A stretch of 64,000 nt of DNA from Bacteriovoracia bacterium (lineage in GTDB: Bacteria; Bdellovibrionota; UBA1018; JBFWNL01): assembly GCA_050251055.1 (NCBI GenBank), contig JBFWNL010000005.1:96001-160000 (forward strand), in the 5' to 3' direction. The position numbers and the translations under genes are program-made. Position 1 is the first letter of the stretch, and every line of letters starts with the position of its first letter. The notes under the pieces are model-generated. The model was given only the letters and a program-made list of their open reading frames with translations. It did no database searches and was not told the DNA's origin. Shown here piece by piece: positions 1 to 9,239 of the stretch.

Positions 1-60
1 CAGGGATAAAGCGAAAAGCGCCACTACTGCGAAATTCACTACTTTCAACCGGATCTTCAT
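1..60 (-). CDS. 5' end of a secreted protein running off the window edge (MKIRLKVVNFAVVALFALSL...)
   Basis: ATG at 60 on the minus strand with AAGGGAG upstream; open to position 1; signal-peptide-like sequence; not in the ORF track because it is truncated. Confidence 0.6.
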   Translation of the reverse strand, partial: MKIRLKVVNFAVVALFALSL

Positions 61-204
61 AGCTGGATCATCTCCCTTATATATCCTCAAGAATGACGGG
101 GATATGCAACAAAATCAATTGAAAAGGTGGCAATGGCTCCTCCTTTCCTCCGTCAATTTTGTGGCATGGTGATTCGGGGAGTCGCGTGCGATCCTAAGCC
201 GTAT

Positions 205-1326
205 ATGAAAATCAAATGGATCGTAGCGGGCGTGGGGTTCGCGTGGGCCATGACGGGACCCGCGACGGTGCAAGATCACGGTTTTCGATTTCGGGATGGA
301 GTCTGCCAGGATGAACGGGGGCTGCGCGGGCTGAATCCGGGGTACTTCGGCCAGTGTGGGGATCTGAGTGGCGCGGTGCTCGCCAAACTCGATTTGAGCG
401 GAACAGACTTCAGCGGTACGCTCTTGTCCTCCGCGATTTTAACTCAGGTGTCTTTCAAGGGGGCGACCCTTAAGGGTGTTCGCTTTGATTCATCCCGATT
501 CGAAGACGTGAAATTCGACGACGCCTTGGTTCAGGGCGCGGATTTCTCACGGGGTACCTTCAAGCGCGTGACGTTTCTGAATGCCAAGCTTTCGTCGACG
601 CGATTCGTAGGCAGCGATTTGCAGGGTACGGTTGCGGATCAGTTCGCTTGCGAAAAATGCGATTTCACGGGGGCATTTCTGAATGGCGTGACGTGGACCT
701 CCGCGCAGCTGGAAGGTGGAAAGTTCGTGCGCGCCAATCTCTCCAGCGCCAATCTCTCGCGTGCCAACCTGGGAGGAGCTGATTTTTCGGAGGCGCGCGT
801 GACTTCCGCGGTGTTAGAACGCGCCACGCTCAGTCGCGCGGAAATGCGGGGGGCGAACTTTCGGGCCGCGAAGCTGAAGGGTGCCATCGTGGCGGATGTG
901 CGCTGGGCGGGCGCGGTCTACAGCCGTAAGACGATCCTCCCTTTTTCTGAAACCGACGCCAAGGACCTGGGAATGATCTTGAAGGGTGCCGAATGCCAAG
1001 CGGGCACCGACGTCGAAGTGGACGAGATTTGCTATTACCTAGACGGCTCGGGCGGCAACTGCGCCGAAGACTTCATGCTCGCGCCCCAGTCGATCCTGGC
1101 GACGATTGGCACGAAATTCGTGGGCAAGACCTATCGCACGAAGGTTTCCGATAACTGCTGCGTCTACCATGCCGAGGTGGCGAAGGAAGGCGAAGATTAC
1201 GGTGCGCAAATCGACTGTAACGAGCCAGGCCCTTTCAAGGAGGGCGTTATTCTCAATGGTGCCGGCTGCACGGACGTACAGAACAAGCAGCCGGCTCAGC
1301 TGACTCTTTGTATGTCGAAGGAATAG
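205..1326 (+). CDS. Secreted pentapeptide-repeat protein with a C-terminal Cys-rich domain
   Basis: Long A(D/N)LxxA pentapeptide run (ANLSSANLSRANLGGADFSEA); signal peptide MKIKWIVAGVGFAWA from ATG 205 (track start 127); 8 Cys in the last ~110 aa. Confidence 0.85.
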   Translation: MKIKWIVAGVGFAWAMTGPATVQDHGFRFRDGVCQDERGLRGLNPGYFGQCGDLSGAVLAKLDLSGTDFSGTLLSSAILTQVSFKGATLKGVRFDSSRFEDVKFDDALVQGADFSRGTFKRVTFLNAKLSSTRFVGSDLQGTVADQFACEKCDFTGAFLNGVTWTSAQLEGGKFVRANLSSANLSRANLGGADFSEARVTSAVLERATLSRAEMRGANFRAAKLKGAIVADVRWAGAVYSRKTILPFSETDAKDLGMILKGAECQAGTDVEVDEICYYLDGSGGNCAEDFMLAPQSILATIGTKFVGKTYRTKVSDNCCVYHAEVAKEGEDYGAQIDCNEPGPFKEGVILNGAGCTDVQNKQPAQLTLCMSKE

Positions 1327-1342
1327 TCCAGAGCAACGCTTA

Positions 1343-2614
1343 TTAGCGCAGGCCCCAGATCTCCACCGTGGCTTGCGAATTGTTCAATACCGGATATCCG
1401 CCGTAAGGGCTGCGCACGTAAGTGGACACGCTTTGGCCTACGACGACGATCGAGTCGATGCACTTGGTGCCCCAACGCGAGAGATCGCGCCAGGCGAGAT
1501 CGCCCGCACCATCGACGTACACGCCGTTGACATCAAGCTCGTCGCCCGTGCCGTCGGTGAACCGCAGCGCGATACGATCGATGTTCGCGGCGGCGCCCGT
1601 CACGCGGATGCGCACCTTCTTCACGCAATTGGTGTAATCATTCACTTCGATGACGTCGAAGTCCGTCATGCTGGTGGAGAGCGACGTCGATCCGATTTTA
1701 TAGACCGACTGGCCAGTGGGAATGCCCACGCGACAGGCGTCTTCCCAGTTGCCGACGAAGCGATCGTAGCGGGCCGAGCCGGCACGCATGCTGAAGCCGC
1801 GCTGGGGTTTGAAGCGATAGCGCCCTCCGCGCTCTTCGGCATTGCCGATCGTGCCCCAGCCGCCGTGGCGTTGGGGGCGGCCCGGGTTCGGATTATAACC
1901 GCCTGGGTTACCAGGGTTACCGGGGTAGCCAGGGTTGCCACCGGGGCGTCCAGGGCCGCCGGGGTAACCGGGGTAACCAGGATTGCCTGGGTAACCTGGG
2001 TTTCCAGGATAGCCGGGGTTCGTGGGTGGAGCCGGCGGATTGTAGGCCGGGACCAAGCTCTTCATGTAAAGGCGAAGCGTCACCATCGCGGCGGATACCT
2101 TATCGTAGTCCGCTTCGATCTGACGCAGGTTGAAATGGCGCGCGAAACGGGCGCGGCGGCCGCCGTTAAATTCCGTCATCTGCATCACGAGCTGGGTCTT
2201 GAAGCTCGTGGCGTGCTCGTCCAGAACTTCGAAGGCCGTCGGCAGCGAGAATAGCGTCCATTCCACGGCGTACTTTCCGGTACTGTCGACGCGATTCACG
2301 AGGTCGTTGAAGATCAGCACCGAGGTGTTCAGGCGCTGGGCTTCGAACATGATATCCATTTCAGCCTTGCTGCTCGTGTCTTGACCGCGCCAGTAGTCGG
2401 CGCCCCAGTAGTCGCCGCTCATGTTGTTGAAGTAGGTGTTGGCGGTCGTATTCATGGCGTTCGCCTGCGTCACCAGGTAATTGGTGAGCTCGCGGACGCG
2501 ATCCATGCGAGGATCGCTGCAGTGGCCGTCGATTCCGGGTTGGGCCTGGGAGGTCGCCGCGATGGCGAGCAGGGCCAGGGCGGATACGATTTGGGTCGAG
2601 ATCTTGGTTTTCAT
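1343..2614 (-). CDS. Secreted protein: helical N-terminal domain, PGYPGN-repeat linker, C-terminal beta-rich domain (DUF2541-like pattern)
   Basis: Signal peptide MKTKISTQIVSALALLAIAATSQA (AAGGA before ATG 2614; track start 2632); Gly-Pro linker; paralogous to 2650-3795. Confidence 0.75.
   Translation of the reverse strand: MKTKISTQIVSALALLAIAATSQAQPGIDGHCSDPRMDRVRELTNYLVTQANAMNTTANTYFNNMSGDYWGADYWRGQDTSSKAEMDIMFEAQRLNTSVLIFNDLVNRVDSTGKYAVEWTLFSLPTAFEVLDEHATSFKTQLVMQMTEFNGGRRARFARHFNLRQIEADYDKVSAAMVTLRLYMKSLVPAYNPPAPPTNPGYPGNPGYPGNPGYPGYPGGPGRPGGNPGYPGNPGNPGGYNPNPGRPQRHGGWGTIGNAEERGGRYRFKPQRGFSMRAGSARYDRFVGNWEDACRVGIPTGQSVYKIGSTSLSTSMTDFDVIEVNDYTNCVKKVRIRVTGAAANIDRIALRFTDGTGDELDVNGVYVDGAGDLAWRDLSRWGTKCIDSIVVVGQSVSTYVRSPYGGYPVLNNSQATVEIWGLR
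1876..2035 (-). repeat. Coding low-complexity tandem repeat (PGY/PGN/PGG)n
   Basis: NPGYPGNPGYPGNPGYPGYPGGPGRPGGNPGYPGNPGNPGG; boundaries approximate. Confidence 0.85.
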
Positions 2615-2649
2615 TTTCGTTTCCTTTTCCATTTTCTCTAGGGCTGGAT

Positions 2650-3795
2650 TCAGCGCGTATATTTCACGGTTACTTTTTCAACGACGACTTCGTTGTTGCC
2701 GCTGGCGTGCAGGCGCAACGTGCCGCTTCCGGAGGTCTCGGCAGGCGCGTCGAACGCCGCGATCATTGAGTTCTTTCCGATGGAGACTCCGTCCCCGAAG
2801 TTGAAGCCCAGGCTAGAGACGCCCTTTAGGGTGATGGAAGCGTTGCCGCGCTTGGGATAGATCACGTACGCGTAGAGATATCCGTTCTTCGAGTCCCCGA
2901 CGCGCGCGTTCGCTTGTACGCTCACTTGGACAACCTTCGCCCCGCGTGGGAGCATCGAGTCCAAGTCGAAGTCGAGCATGTCTTTATTCGGGACCGTCGG
3001 GGGGGCGATGCGAGCGCCTTCCGTCGCGCACTTGTTGCCGCCGATACAGTACCAGCCGCGAGAGCCGTCCGCCGCGTTTTTCGGCATTTCGATTAACTCG
3101 AAAGTCGGGCCAGGGTTCGGGCGACCAGGGCCACCCGGAAAACCAGGGCCATTCGGGCCTCCCGGACGTCCGGGACCATTCGGATTTCCAGGCGGGTAGC
3201 CCGGACCGTTGGGACGGCCAGGGCCGCCAGGGTTACCTGGCCCAGAGGGGCCGTCGATTTCATTCACCCAAGCCTTCAGCTGATCCATCTTTTGGTTGAG
3301 GCTAATGAGCTGATTGTAGGTTTGTTCAATCTTGGTGTGCTCGCAGAAATCGCGGTGGCGATCACCGTTCATGATGTTGGCGATGATCTGGATAAGCGAG
3401 GCATGATCGCCGGAGAACACGCGGAACGCTTTCGGCAGGGAGTAGTAGGTGCTGTCGATGCGATAGGTCGTGGGCGCGGGCATCCACCAGGTACCGGTGC
3501 TGACGATGGGATTCACCAAGTTGTCGAACGTCTGCGCCGAAGTGACGAAACGGCGCACTTCGAAGATGGCCTTCATCTCGTCCTTGCGATTCTGGGGGTT
3601 TTGCACCCAGTAGCGCGGGTTGTTCTCCACGAAGGCATCGAAAGCGGCGGTGAGCTGAGTGGCTTCGTCGAGCACGTTCTTGCTAAGCGTGCGGATCGCG
3701 GCTTTGTTTTGATACTCTTCACGGGGGCCGTCGGCCAAAGCGGCCACGGCGATAACGAGCAACGAGCTGATAGCGATAAGCGGTGACTTCACCAT
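2650..3795 (-). CDS. Secreted protein, paralogue of 1343-2614, with a GPG/PN-repeat linker and a different C-terminal beta domain
   Basis: Signal peptide; EMKAIFEVRRFVTSAQTFDNLVNPIVSTG...YSLPKAFRV aligns by eye with EMDIMFEAQRLNTSVLIFNDLVNRVDSTG...FSLPTAFEV; AAGGAG RBS. Confidence 0.75.
   Translation of the reverse strand: MVKSPLIAISSLLVIAVAALADGPREEYQNKAAIRTLSKNVLDEATQLTAAFDAFVENNPRYWVQNPQNRKDEMKAIFEVRRFVTSAQTFDNLVNPIVSTGTWWMPAPTTYRIDSTYYSLPKAFRVFSGDHASLIQIIANIMNGDRHRDFCEHTKIEQTYNQLISLNQKMDQLKAWVNEIDGPSGPGNPGGPGRPNGPGYPPGNPNGPGRPGGPNGPGFPGGPGRPNPGPTFELIEMPKNAADGSRGWYCIGGNKCATEGARIAPPTVPNKDMLDFDLDSMLPRGAKVVQVSVQANARVGDSKNGYLYAYVIYPKRGNASITLKGVSSLGFNFGDGVSIGKNSMIAAFDAPAETSGSGTLRLHASGNNEVVVEKVTVKYTR
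3107..3252 (-). repeat. Coding low-complexity repeat (GPG/PGG/PNG)n
   Basis: GPSGPGNPGGPGRPNGPGYPPGNPNGPGRPGGPNGPGFPGGPGRPNPGP; boundaries approximate. Confidence 0.8.
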
Positions 3796-3908
3796 TTGCG
3801 TACTCCTTAGGTAATCAATCGAGGAAGCTATACCGAATGGTGACGCGTTGTGTCAATGATTCTGTGGGGATCGTTGCTAGAAAAAAGGTTTTATTAGAAC
3901 ATGGGCTT

Positions 3909-4337
3909 ATGCCGATTTGGTTTCGTGATTATGAGTTAGAGGAAGTGAGAAAGCTTGGGCGGGAGACGATGGTCGACCACCTGGGTATCGAAATCACCTA
4001 TATAGATGATCAGGCCATTCACGGCTCCATGCCGGTGGACGCGCGTACGAAACAGCCGGCCGGTCTCCTGCATGGAGGAGCTTCGGTTGCGCTCGCCGAG
4101 TCGCTTGCGAGCATTGGAGCAAACCTCGTAGTCGACCCGAGTCGGCAGTATTGCGTGGGTTTGGAAATCAACGCAAACCACGTGGGCGCTTGCACGGAAG
4201 GAAAGGTGCAGGCGACGGCGGCGCCGCTTCACTTGGGGAAGAGCACCCAGGTGTGGGAAACCCGCATTCACCAGGGAGACCGCCTGGTTTGCGTAAGTCG
4301 CATGACTCTGGCCGTGCTTGAACGACGCGTGAAATAG
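3909..4337 (+). CDS. Hotdog-fold thioesterase (PaaI/YdiI(MenI)/EntH family)
   Basis: QPAGLLHGGASVALAESLAS and GLEINANH motifs; likely start MPIWF at 3909. Confidence 0.9.
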   Translation: MPIWFRDYELEEVRKLGRETMVDHLGIEITYIDDQAIHGSMPVDARTKQPAGLLHGGASVALAESLASIGANLVVDPSRQYCVGLEINANHVGACTEGKVQATAAPLHLGKSTQVWETRIHQGDRLVCVSRMTLAVLERRVK

Positions 4338-4410
4338 TCCCGCCATACTTGTGTTGTCCGATCTACCATGTTAACACGCCGCCCAGTCGCCTATAGAATT
4401 GACGGGGGAA

Positions 4411-5232
4411 ATGAGCGTGGTGGTGAGTTTAGAACCGAACGTGGAGCCGATCATTTCGGCCAGAAGCCTGGTGAAAACATTTGTAGGTGGCGCGCGCGTG
4501 CTCAACGGCGTGGACCTATCCATTTATCCCGGCGAGTTGGTGGTTTTCATAGGGTCCTCCGGGTGCGGTAAAACGACGCTGCTGAAATGCCTGAACGGGT
4601 TAGAGGCTTTTGATACGGGCGCGCTGAGCATCGCGGGCGTGGAGGTTCATAAATCTGCTGGGGGGACGGGATCTCCCGAGCTAGTCGAAGCCGCCTTCGC
4701 CAAGATTCGCCGCAAGGTCGGCATGGTTTTCCAAAGCTTCAACCTTTTTCCTCACCTCAGCTTGCTGGAGAACGTCGTGAAGCCTCAGGTCGTGGTGCAA
4801 AAGACCGATCTGGAGACGGCGCGCCGTCAGGCCGTTCGCCAGCTAGAACGCGTGGGACTCGCGTCGCTCGCTTCGCGTTTTCCCGCCCAGCTTTCGGGTG
4901 GCCAACAGCAGCGGGCGGCGATCGCGCGCGCGCTGGCACTTTCTCCCGAAGTGATGCTTTATGACGAACCTACCTCGGCGCTCGATCCGGAACTCGTCGA
5001 CGAAGTACTTGACGTGATGAAGCGGCTGGATACCGAGGGGATGACCCAGCTCGTAGTCACGCATGAAATGCACTTCGCGCGGCAAGCTGCGGATAGGATT
5101 CTCTATTTACATGAAGGCGCAATCGCGGAAGAAGGCGCGCCGACCGATATTTTCCAAGCGCCGAAGGACGCACGCACGCGCAAGTTTTTAAAGCGCTTCC
5201 TTTCGCAAGGGGTGGGGGTGGAGCTCGCATGA
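4411..5232 (+). CDS. Polar amino-acid ABC transporter ATP-binding subunit (GlnQ-like)
   Basis: [49 protein letters not shown]. Confidence 0.93.
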   Translation: MSVVVSLEPNVEPIISARSLVKTFVGGARVLNGVDLSIYPGELVVFIGSSGCGKTTLLKCLNGLEAFDTGALSIAGVEVHKSAGGTGSPELVEAAFAKIRRKVGMVFQSFNLFPHLSLLENVVKPQVVVQKTDLETARRQAVRQLERVGLASLASRFPAQLSGGQQQRAAIARALALSPEVMLYDEPTSALDPELVDEVLDVMKRLDTEGMTQLVVTHEMHFARQAADRILYLHEGAIAEEGAPTDIFQAPKDARTRKFLKRFLSQGVGVELA

Positions 5233-6881
5233 TTACGCACGTTTTCGAAAGGCTCTGGATTCTCTTCGTGGGATTGTTCCTGGTGGTCTGGTCGGCGTCG
5301 GCCGCCGACGGCGATGAGCTCCCCGTATTGAAGTGGGGCGCGGATTCCGAGGGCGGAGCCCCGTACATCATGCAGGATCCCGCCGATCCCGCGCGCGTGA
5401 TTGGTTACGAGGTGGACCTGATGGAAGCCGTGGCCGCCCAGATGGGGCGTCGCTCGGAGTTTGTTCAGAATCAATGGGACGGGCTGATCCCCGGATTGAA
5501 CCGCGGTAATTATGATCTGGTGGTGAACGGGCTAGAGATCACCGAAGACCGCAAAGCGGAGGTTCTCTTTTCTGATCCCTACTACGTCACCTACGAGCAG
5601 CTCACTGTCCGCAAAGAAACTTCGCATATCCAGTCGCTGCGCGATTTGCCCGGCCGCAAGGTAGGTACCCTTAAAGCCACCTTGGCCGAGCGCATCTTGC
5701 AGGGATTTGGGCAAGGCGAGACGACCGGTGCCGGCCAAAAGATCGAGGTCGTAAGTTACGACGGCCAGATCAACGCGTATGAAGATTTGGCTTTGGGGCG
5801 GGTGGAAGCGGTGCTGATGGATTGGCCGATCGCGCTCTATTATGGACATCCGAACCCGAAGCTAAAACCAGTGGGGCTCGAGATCAGTGATCTGGCTTAC
5901 GGCATGGGTATTCGCAAGCGTGATACTGCGCTCCAGCGCGAAGTGAACGCCGCGATCGCGACCCTCAAGGCCAACGGAAAACTACGCGAGATCTACGAGC
6001 GGTGGGGCATGTGGAACCCGCGGGTGGCTTCGTTCCTACGCGACATGGGTCCGCCACAGCATCAACCCGACAAGTACATGGCTTATCTGAAGGCCGTCGG
6101 CATGGAGCGCGACTGGCGCGTGCGCCTGCAGCAGTACGCGGGCTATCTTCCGTTGTTAATTGACGGGGCATGGATGACGCTGAAGATTTCCTTCCTGGCT
6201 ATGGCGTTGGCCGTGAGCTTTGGGCTTTTGCTCACCTTGGTGCGTCTATATGCTCCGGCGCCCTTGTCGACGCTATCGGTGGCGTACATCGAATTGGTGC
6301 GCGGCACGCCACTTTTGATCCAGCTCTTTTTCATTTTTTATGGTTTGCCGAACCTCGGCATTAGCCTTAGCCCGATCGTGGCCGCAGTATTGGGCTTGGG
6401 CTTGAACTACGCCGCTTATGAGTCTGAGAACTATCGGGCGGGTATTTGTTCGATGCCTAAAAGTCAGTTCGAAGCCGCGAAGGCCTTGGGATTTTCCGAG
6501 CGCCAGTCGCTTTTCCACATCATCCTCCCGCAGGCGATCCGCGTGGTGATCCCGCCGGTGACGAACGACTTCATCTCGCTTTTGAAGGATTCCTCGCTCG
6601 TGTCGGTCATCACGATGGTGGAGCTCACGAAGGTTTACGGACAGCTCGCTTCGACCTACTACGATTATTTTGGCATCGGCGTGATGACGGCCATCCTCTA
6701 CCTGGTGATGGGCTTGCCGTTCGTACTGCTTTCCCGTATGGCGGAGAAAAAATTCGCGGTGGCCGGCACTTCCGGCGCGACGCTCGTATCGAGTCGAGGC
6801 ACGGGCGGTATTGCGGGAGGATTAAGACGGGTTCTGAGCGGTGCTTCCGACCGGCTGCGGGGCCGGCAGGTGTCTACTTAG
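5229..6881 (+). CDS. Fused amino-acid ABC substrate-binding protein and permease
   Basis: N-terminal SBP family 3 domain (GYEVDL, WDGLIPGL); C-terminal HisM/GlnP permease (RGTPLLIQLF, EAAKALG, LKDSSL); ATGA overlap with the ATPase. Confidence 0.92.
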   Translation: MITHVFERLWILFVGLFLVVWSASAADGDELPVLKWGADSEGGAPYIMQDPADPARVIGYEVDLMEAVAAQMGRRSEFVQNQWDGLIPGLNRGNYDLVVNGLEITEDRKAEVLFSDPYYVTYEQLTVRKETSHIQSLRDLPGRKVGTLKATLAERILQGFGQGETTGAGQKIEVVSYDGQINAYEDLALGRVEAVLMDWPIALYYGHPNPKLKPVGLEISDLAYGMGIRKRDTALQREVNAAIATLKANGKLREIYERWGMWNPRVASFLRDMGPPQHQPDKYMAYLKAVGMERDWRVRLQQYAGYLPLLIDGAWMTLKISFLAMALAVSFGLLLTLVRLYAPAPLSTLSVAYIELVRGTPLLIQLFFIFYGLPNLGISLSPIVAAVLGLGLNYAAYESENYRAGICSMPKSQFEAAKALGFSERQSLFHIILPQAIRVVIPPVTNDFISLLKDSSLVSVITMVELTKVYGQLASTYYDYFGIGVMTAILYLVMGLPFVLLSRMAEKKFAVAGTSGATLVSSRGTGGIAGGLRRVLSGASDRLRGRQVST

Positions 6882-7811
6882 TCGTCCGCCGAGGCTAAGC
6901 CAATATTCCAGTACGCGCGCGGTGGCTTCGAAGCGCGCCTTTTGTCCGGGATCGGCCTGCTGGGCCGGCCGGCGGCTTTCCCCGGAAGCGGGGGCCGCGA
7001 CTTTTTTCAGCTCCGATTTTACGATCTCGAGCGGCGTACGGCCGAAGGCGTCGCGATGCTCAATATTCACTTTGCTCTTCAATAACAGCTGTGCGACGCG
7101 GGCGAATCCTTTTTCGGAGGCCGCCAGCAACGGGGTCATTTTCGTATACTTCGTGGCGGCGTCCGCGTTCGCTCCGGCTTGGAGTAATAGCTGCACGGAT
7201 TCGAATTCACCGCGCTCAGCGGCTACGTAAAGGGGCGTTTCGTGGACTCGGTTGGGTTGGTCAACACGCGCGCCGTAGGCCAAGAGCGCTTCCACGAGTT
7301 CGGCGTGACCGTAAGCCGCAGCCAAGTGAAGGGCGCTGCGGCCGTCTCCGATGTAGGCTCGATCGATGGCATTGGGATCGGCGCCGTGGCTCAGCAAGAT
7401 GCGTACGGTCTCCAAGCCAGCATGTTTTAGGGTCGCGAAATATGCAACGACGCTAACTAGGATCGGGGTGCCGCGCGCATCCCGGGCGTTCGGGTTCGCG
7501 CCCGCCCGTAAAAGGGCTTCGATCGTGGCTGGGCGCGCTTGGGTCGCGGCGAGATACAAAAGGGGAAAACGAAACGAGTCCGCCGTGCGGGCGTTGGGAT
7601 CGGCGCCCTGTTGCACGAAAGCTAAAACTTGCTCGGGACGATTTTCGTATACGGCCACGGCGAGCCGCTGATCCAGCTGCTGAATCTCGCCCGCGGGGGT
7701 GCGGCCGGGGACGGCGGCGTGGGTAGGGGACGGGCCGAAGAGGCTACCGATTACGGCGACGCAGGTGATGACGGATCTCAACTCAACTCTCACTGCTTGA
7801 TGATTTCGCAA
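6822..7811 (-). CDS. Secreted ankyrin-repeat protein
   Basis: Several ankyrin repeats (SALHLAAAYGHAELVEALLAYGA, TPLYVAAERG, TPLLAASEKG); N-terminal signal-like segment. Confidence 0.9.
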   Translation of the reverse strand: MRNHQAVRVELRSVITCVAVIGSLFGPSPTHAAVPGRTPAGEIQQLDQRLAVAVYENRPEQVLAFVQQGADPNARTADSFRFPLLYLAATQARPATIEALLRAGANPNARDARGTPILVSVVAYFATLKHAGLETVRILLSHGADPNAIDRAYIGDGRSALHLAAAYGHAELVEALLAYGARVDQPNRVHETPLYVAAERGEFESVQLLLQAGANADAATKYTKMTPLLAASEKGFARVAQLLLKSKVNIEHRDAFGRTPLEIVKSELKKVAAPASGESRRPAQQADPGQKARFEATARVLEYWLSLGGRLSRHLPAPQPVGSTAQNPS

Positions 7812-7953
7812 GTTTCAGACCAGGCTCCCCCCGGCCGGCTTCATGACATCCCTTTGATATTATGGGCTGTCTTTGATGTGTAGAAAAGAAAAGTGTCTAA
7901 TGTTTTGACGGTTGAGGTGATTCGCAGCTCGGTCCTGATCGTCGGTCCTTGAT

Positions 7954-8592
7954 CTACTCGAGGGGGAACTGGGCCTTAACGGCCTCCAGGAACGCCGGTT
8001 TGAGGGTCATGGGCTTGCGAATCTTATCTCCGAACCGGCCACCTAGACCGCCCCACTGCCCGGCCTTTACACGGGTGGACGGAAAGGGCCGGGTGGTCGA
8101 GCCAAAATCGATTTCGTGCTCAAAGCAGATCGTCTCAGTTTCGCCCAGCCCAGGTTCGTAAGACGCGAAGAAGTCCGTACCCCGTACGCCCATCACCGCT
8201 ACGGGCGTTTTTACGGGGCGATACTTCATTTTTTTATTCGCAGGTAGGTTCTTGAAACGTGCGCGCAATTTACCGAAATTCAGCTGGATCTCCGCCAGCT
8301 CCTTCACTTCGCCGTTCGCCTGCAGGAGCATGTCGAATGGCCCTTGGAGCGCCACATCTTCGTAAGGCAATTGAAGGATGGCGACGGAGCCCGCCTCGCC
8401 GACGATTCGATCGCCGAACTGGAGCGGACTTCCTGCCTTAACTTCCGATTTCTTTCCGGAGTATTCGGTAGTGACCGCGCCTTTCACGGAAATGAATTTC
8501 ATGTCCGCCCCCGCGGCGCCCGCCAGGAGTAAAGCCCCGATCCCGCAAGCCAAGGCCGTAAAACAACGACGAAGAGAAGAGTGGTTCAGCAT
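7954..8592 (-). CDS. Secreted FecR-domain protein
   Basis: Signal peptide; GDRI, LNFGKLRA and VKTPVAVMGVRGTDF are FecR-type signatures. Confidence 0.8.
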   Translation of the reverse strand: MLNHSSLRRCFTALACGIGALLLAGAAGADMKFISVKGAVTTEYSGKKSEVKAGSPLQFGDRIVGEAGSVAILQLPYEDVALQGPFDMLLQANGEVKELAEIQLNFGKLRARFKNLPANKKMKYRPVKTPVAVMGVRGTDFFASYEPGLGETETICFEHEIDFGSTTRPFPSTRVKAGQWGGLGGRFGDKIRKPMTLKPAFLEAVKAQFPLE

Positions 8593-8621
8593 AGGCGCTC
8601 ATGGTAACGAGGAAAGAACCG

Positions 8622-9239
8622 ATGAGCAAGCAATCGATCGTGGTTTTTGATTTGGGCGGTGTGTTGGTGGACTGGGATCCTCGCTACTTGTTCATGAAAA
8701 TGAAGCGGCCCGAAGGCGTGACGGAAGACATCGAATGGTTCTTGGGTCACGTCTGTACCCAGGCGTGGAACGAGCAAATGGACGAGGGACTCCCGTTCCG
8801 GGAGGGTTTGGCGCAGCTCTCGCCGCAGTTTCCGGCTTGGCGCGACTGGATCGAGGCGTATCACGCGCGGTGGGTGGAGATGCTTGGCGGCGAGATAGGT
8901 GGGACCGTCGAGATTTTGAACCGCCTCTCCGCGCGCGGCGTACCACTCTATGCGCTGTCCAACTGGTCGGCAGAAACGTTTCCGATTGCCCGTGCGCGCT
9001 ACGACTTTTTCCGTCATTTTCGGGGAATCGTGCTGTCGGGCGAGGTTAAACTCAAAAAGCCAGACCTGCGCATTTATCGGCATTTGCTGACGACGCATGG
9101 GCTGGAGGCGGACCGTTGCGTCTATATCGACGACGTGGCCCGTAATGTTGAAGCCGCCCGGACGCTCGGTTTTCACGGCCACCTGTTTCGGGATCCGCCC
9201 GCGCTGGCTCGCGAACTGGCCAGTTTAGGTCTGTTGTAG
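8622..9239 (+). CDS. HAD-superfamily phosphatase
   Basis: VFDLGGVL motif I, LSN, KPD, YIDDVARNVEAARTLG. Confidence 0.92.
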   Translation: MSKQSIVVFDLGGVLVDWDPRYLFMKMKRPEGVTEDIEWFLGHVCTQAWNEQMDEGLPFREGLAQLSPQFPAWRDWIEAYHARWVEMLGGEIGGTVEILNRLSARGVPLYALSNWSAETFPIARARYDFFRHFRGIVLSGEVKLKKPDLRIYRHLLTTHGLEADRCVYIDDVARNVEAARTLGFHGHLFRDPPALARELASLGLL

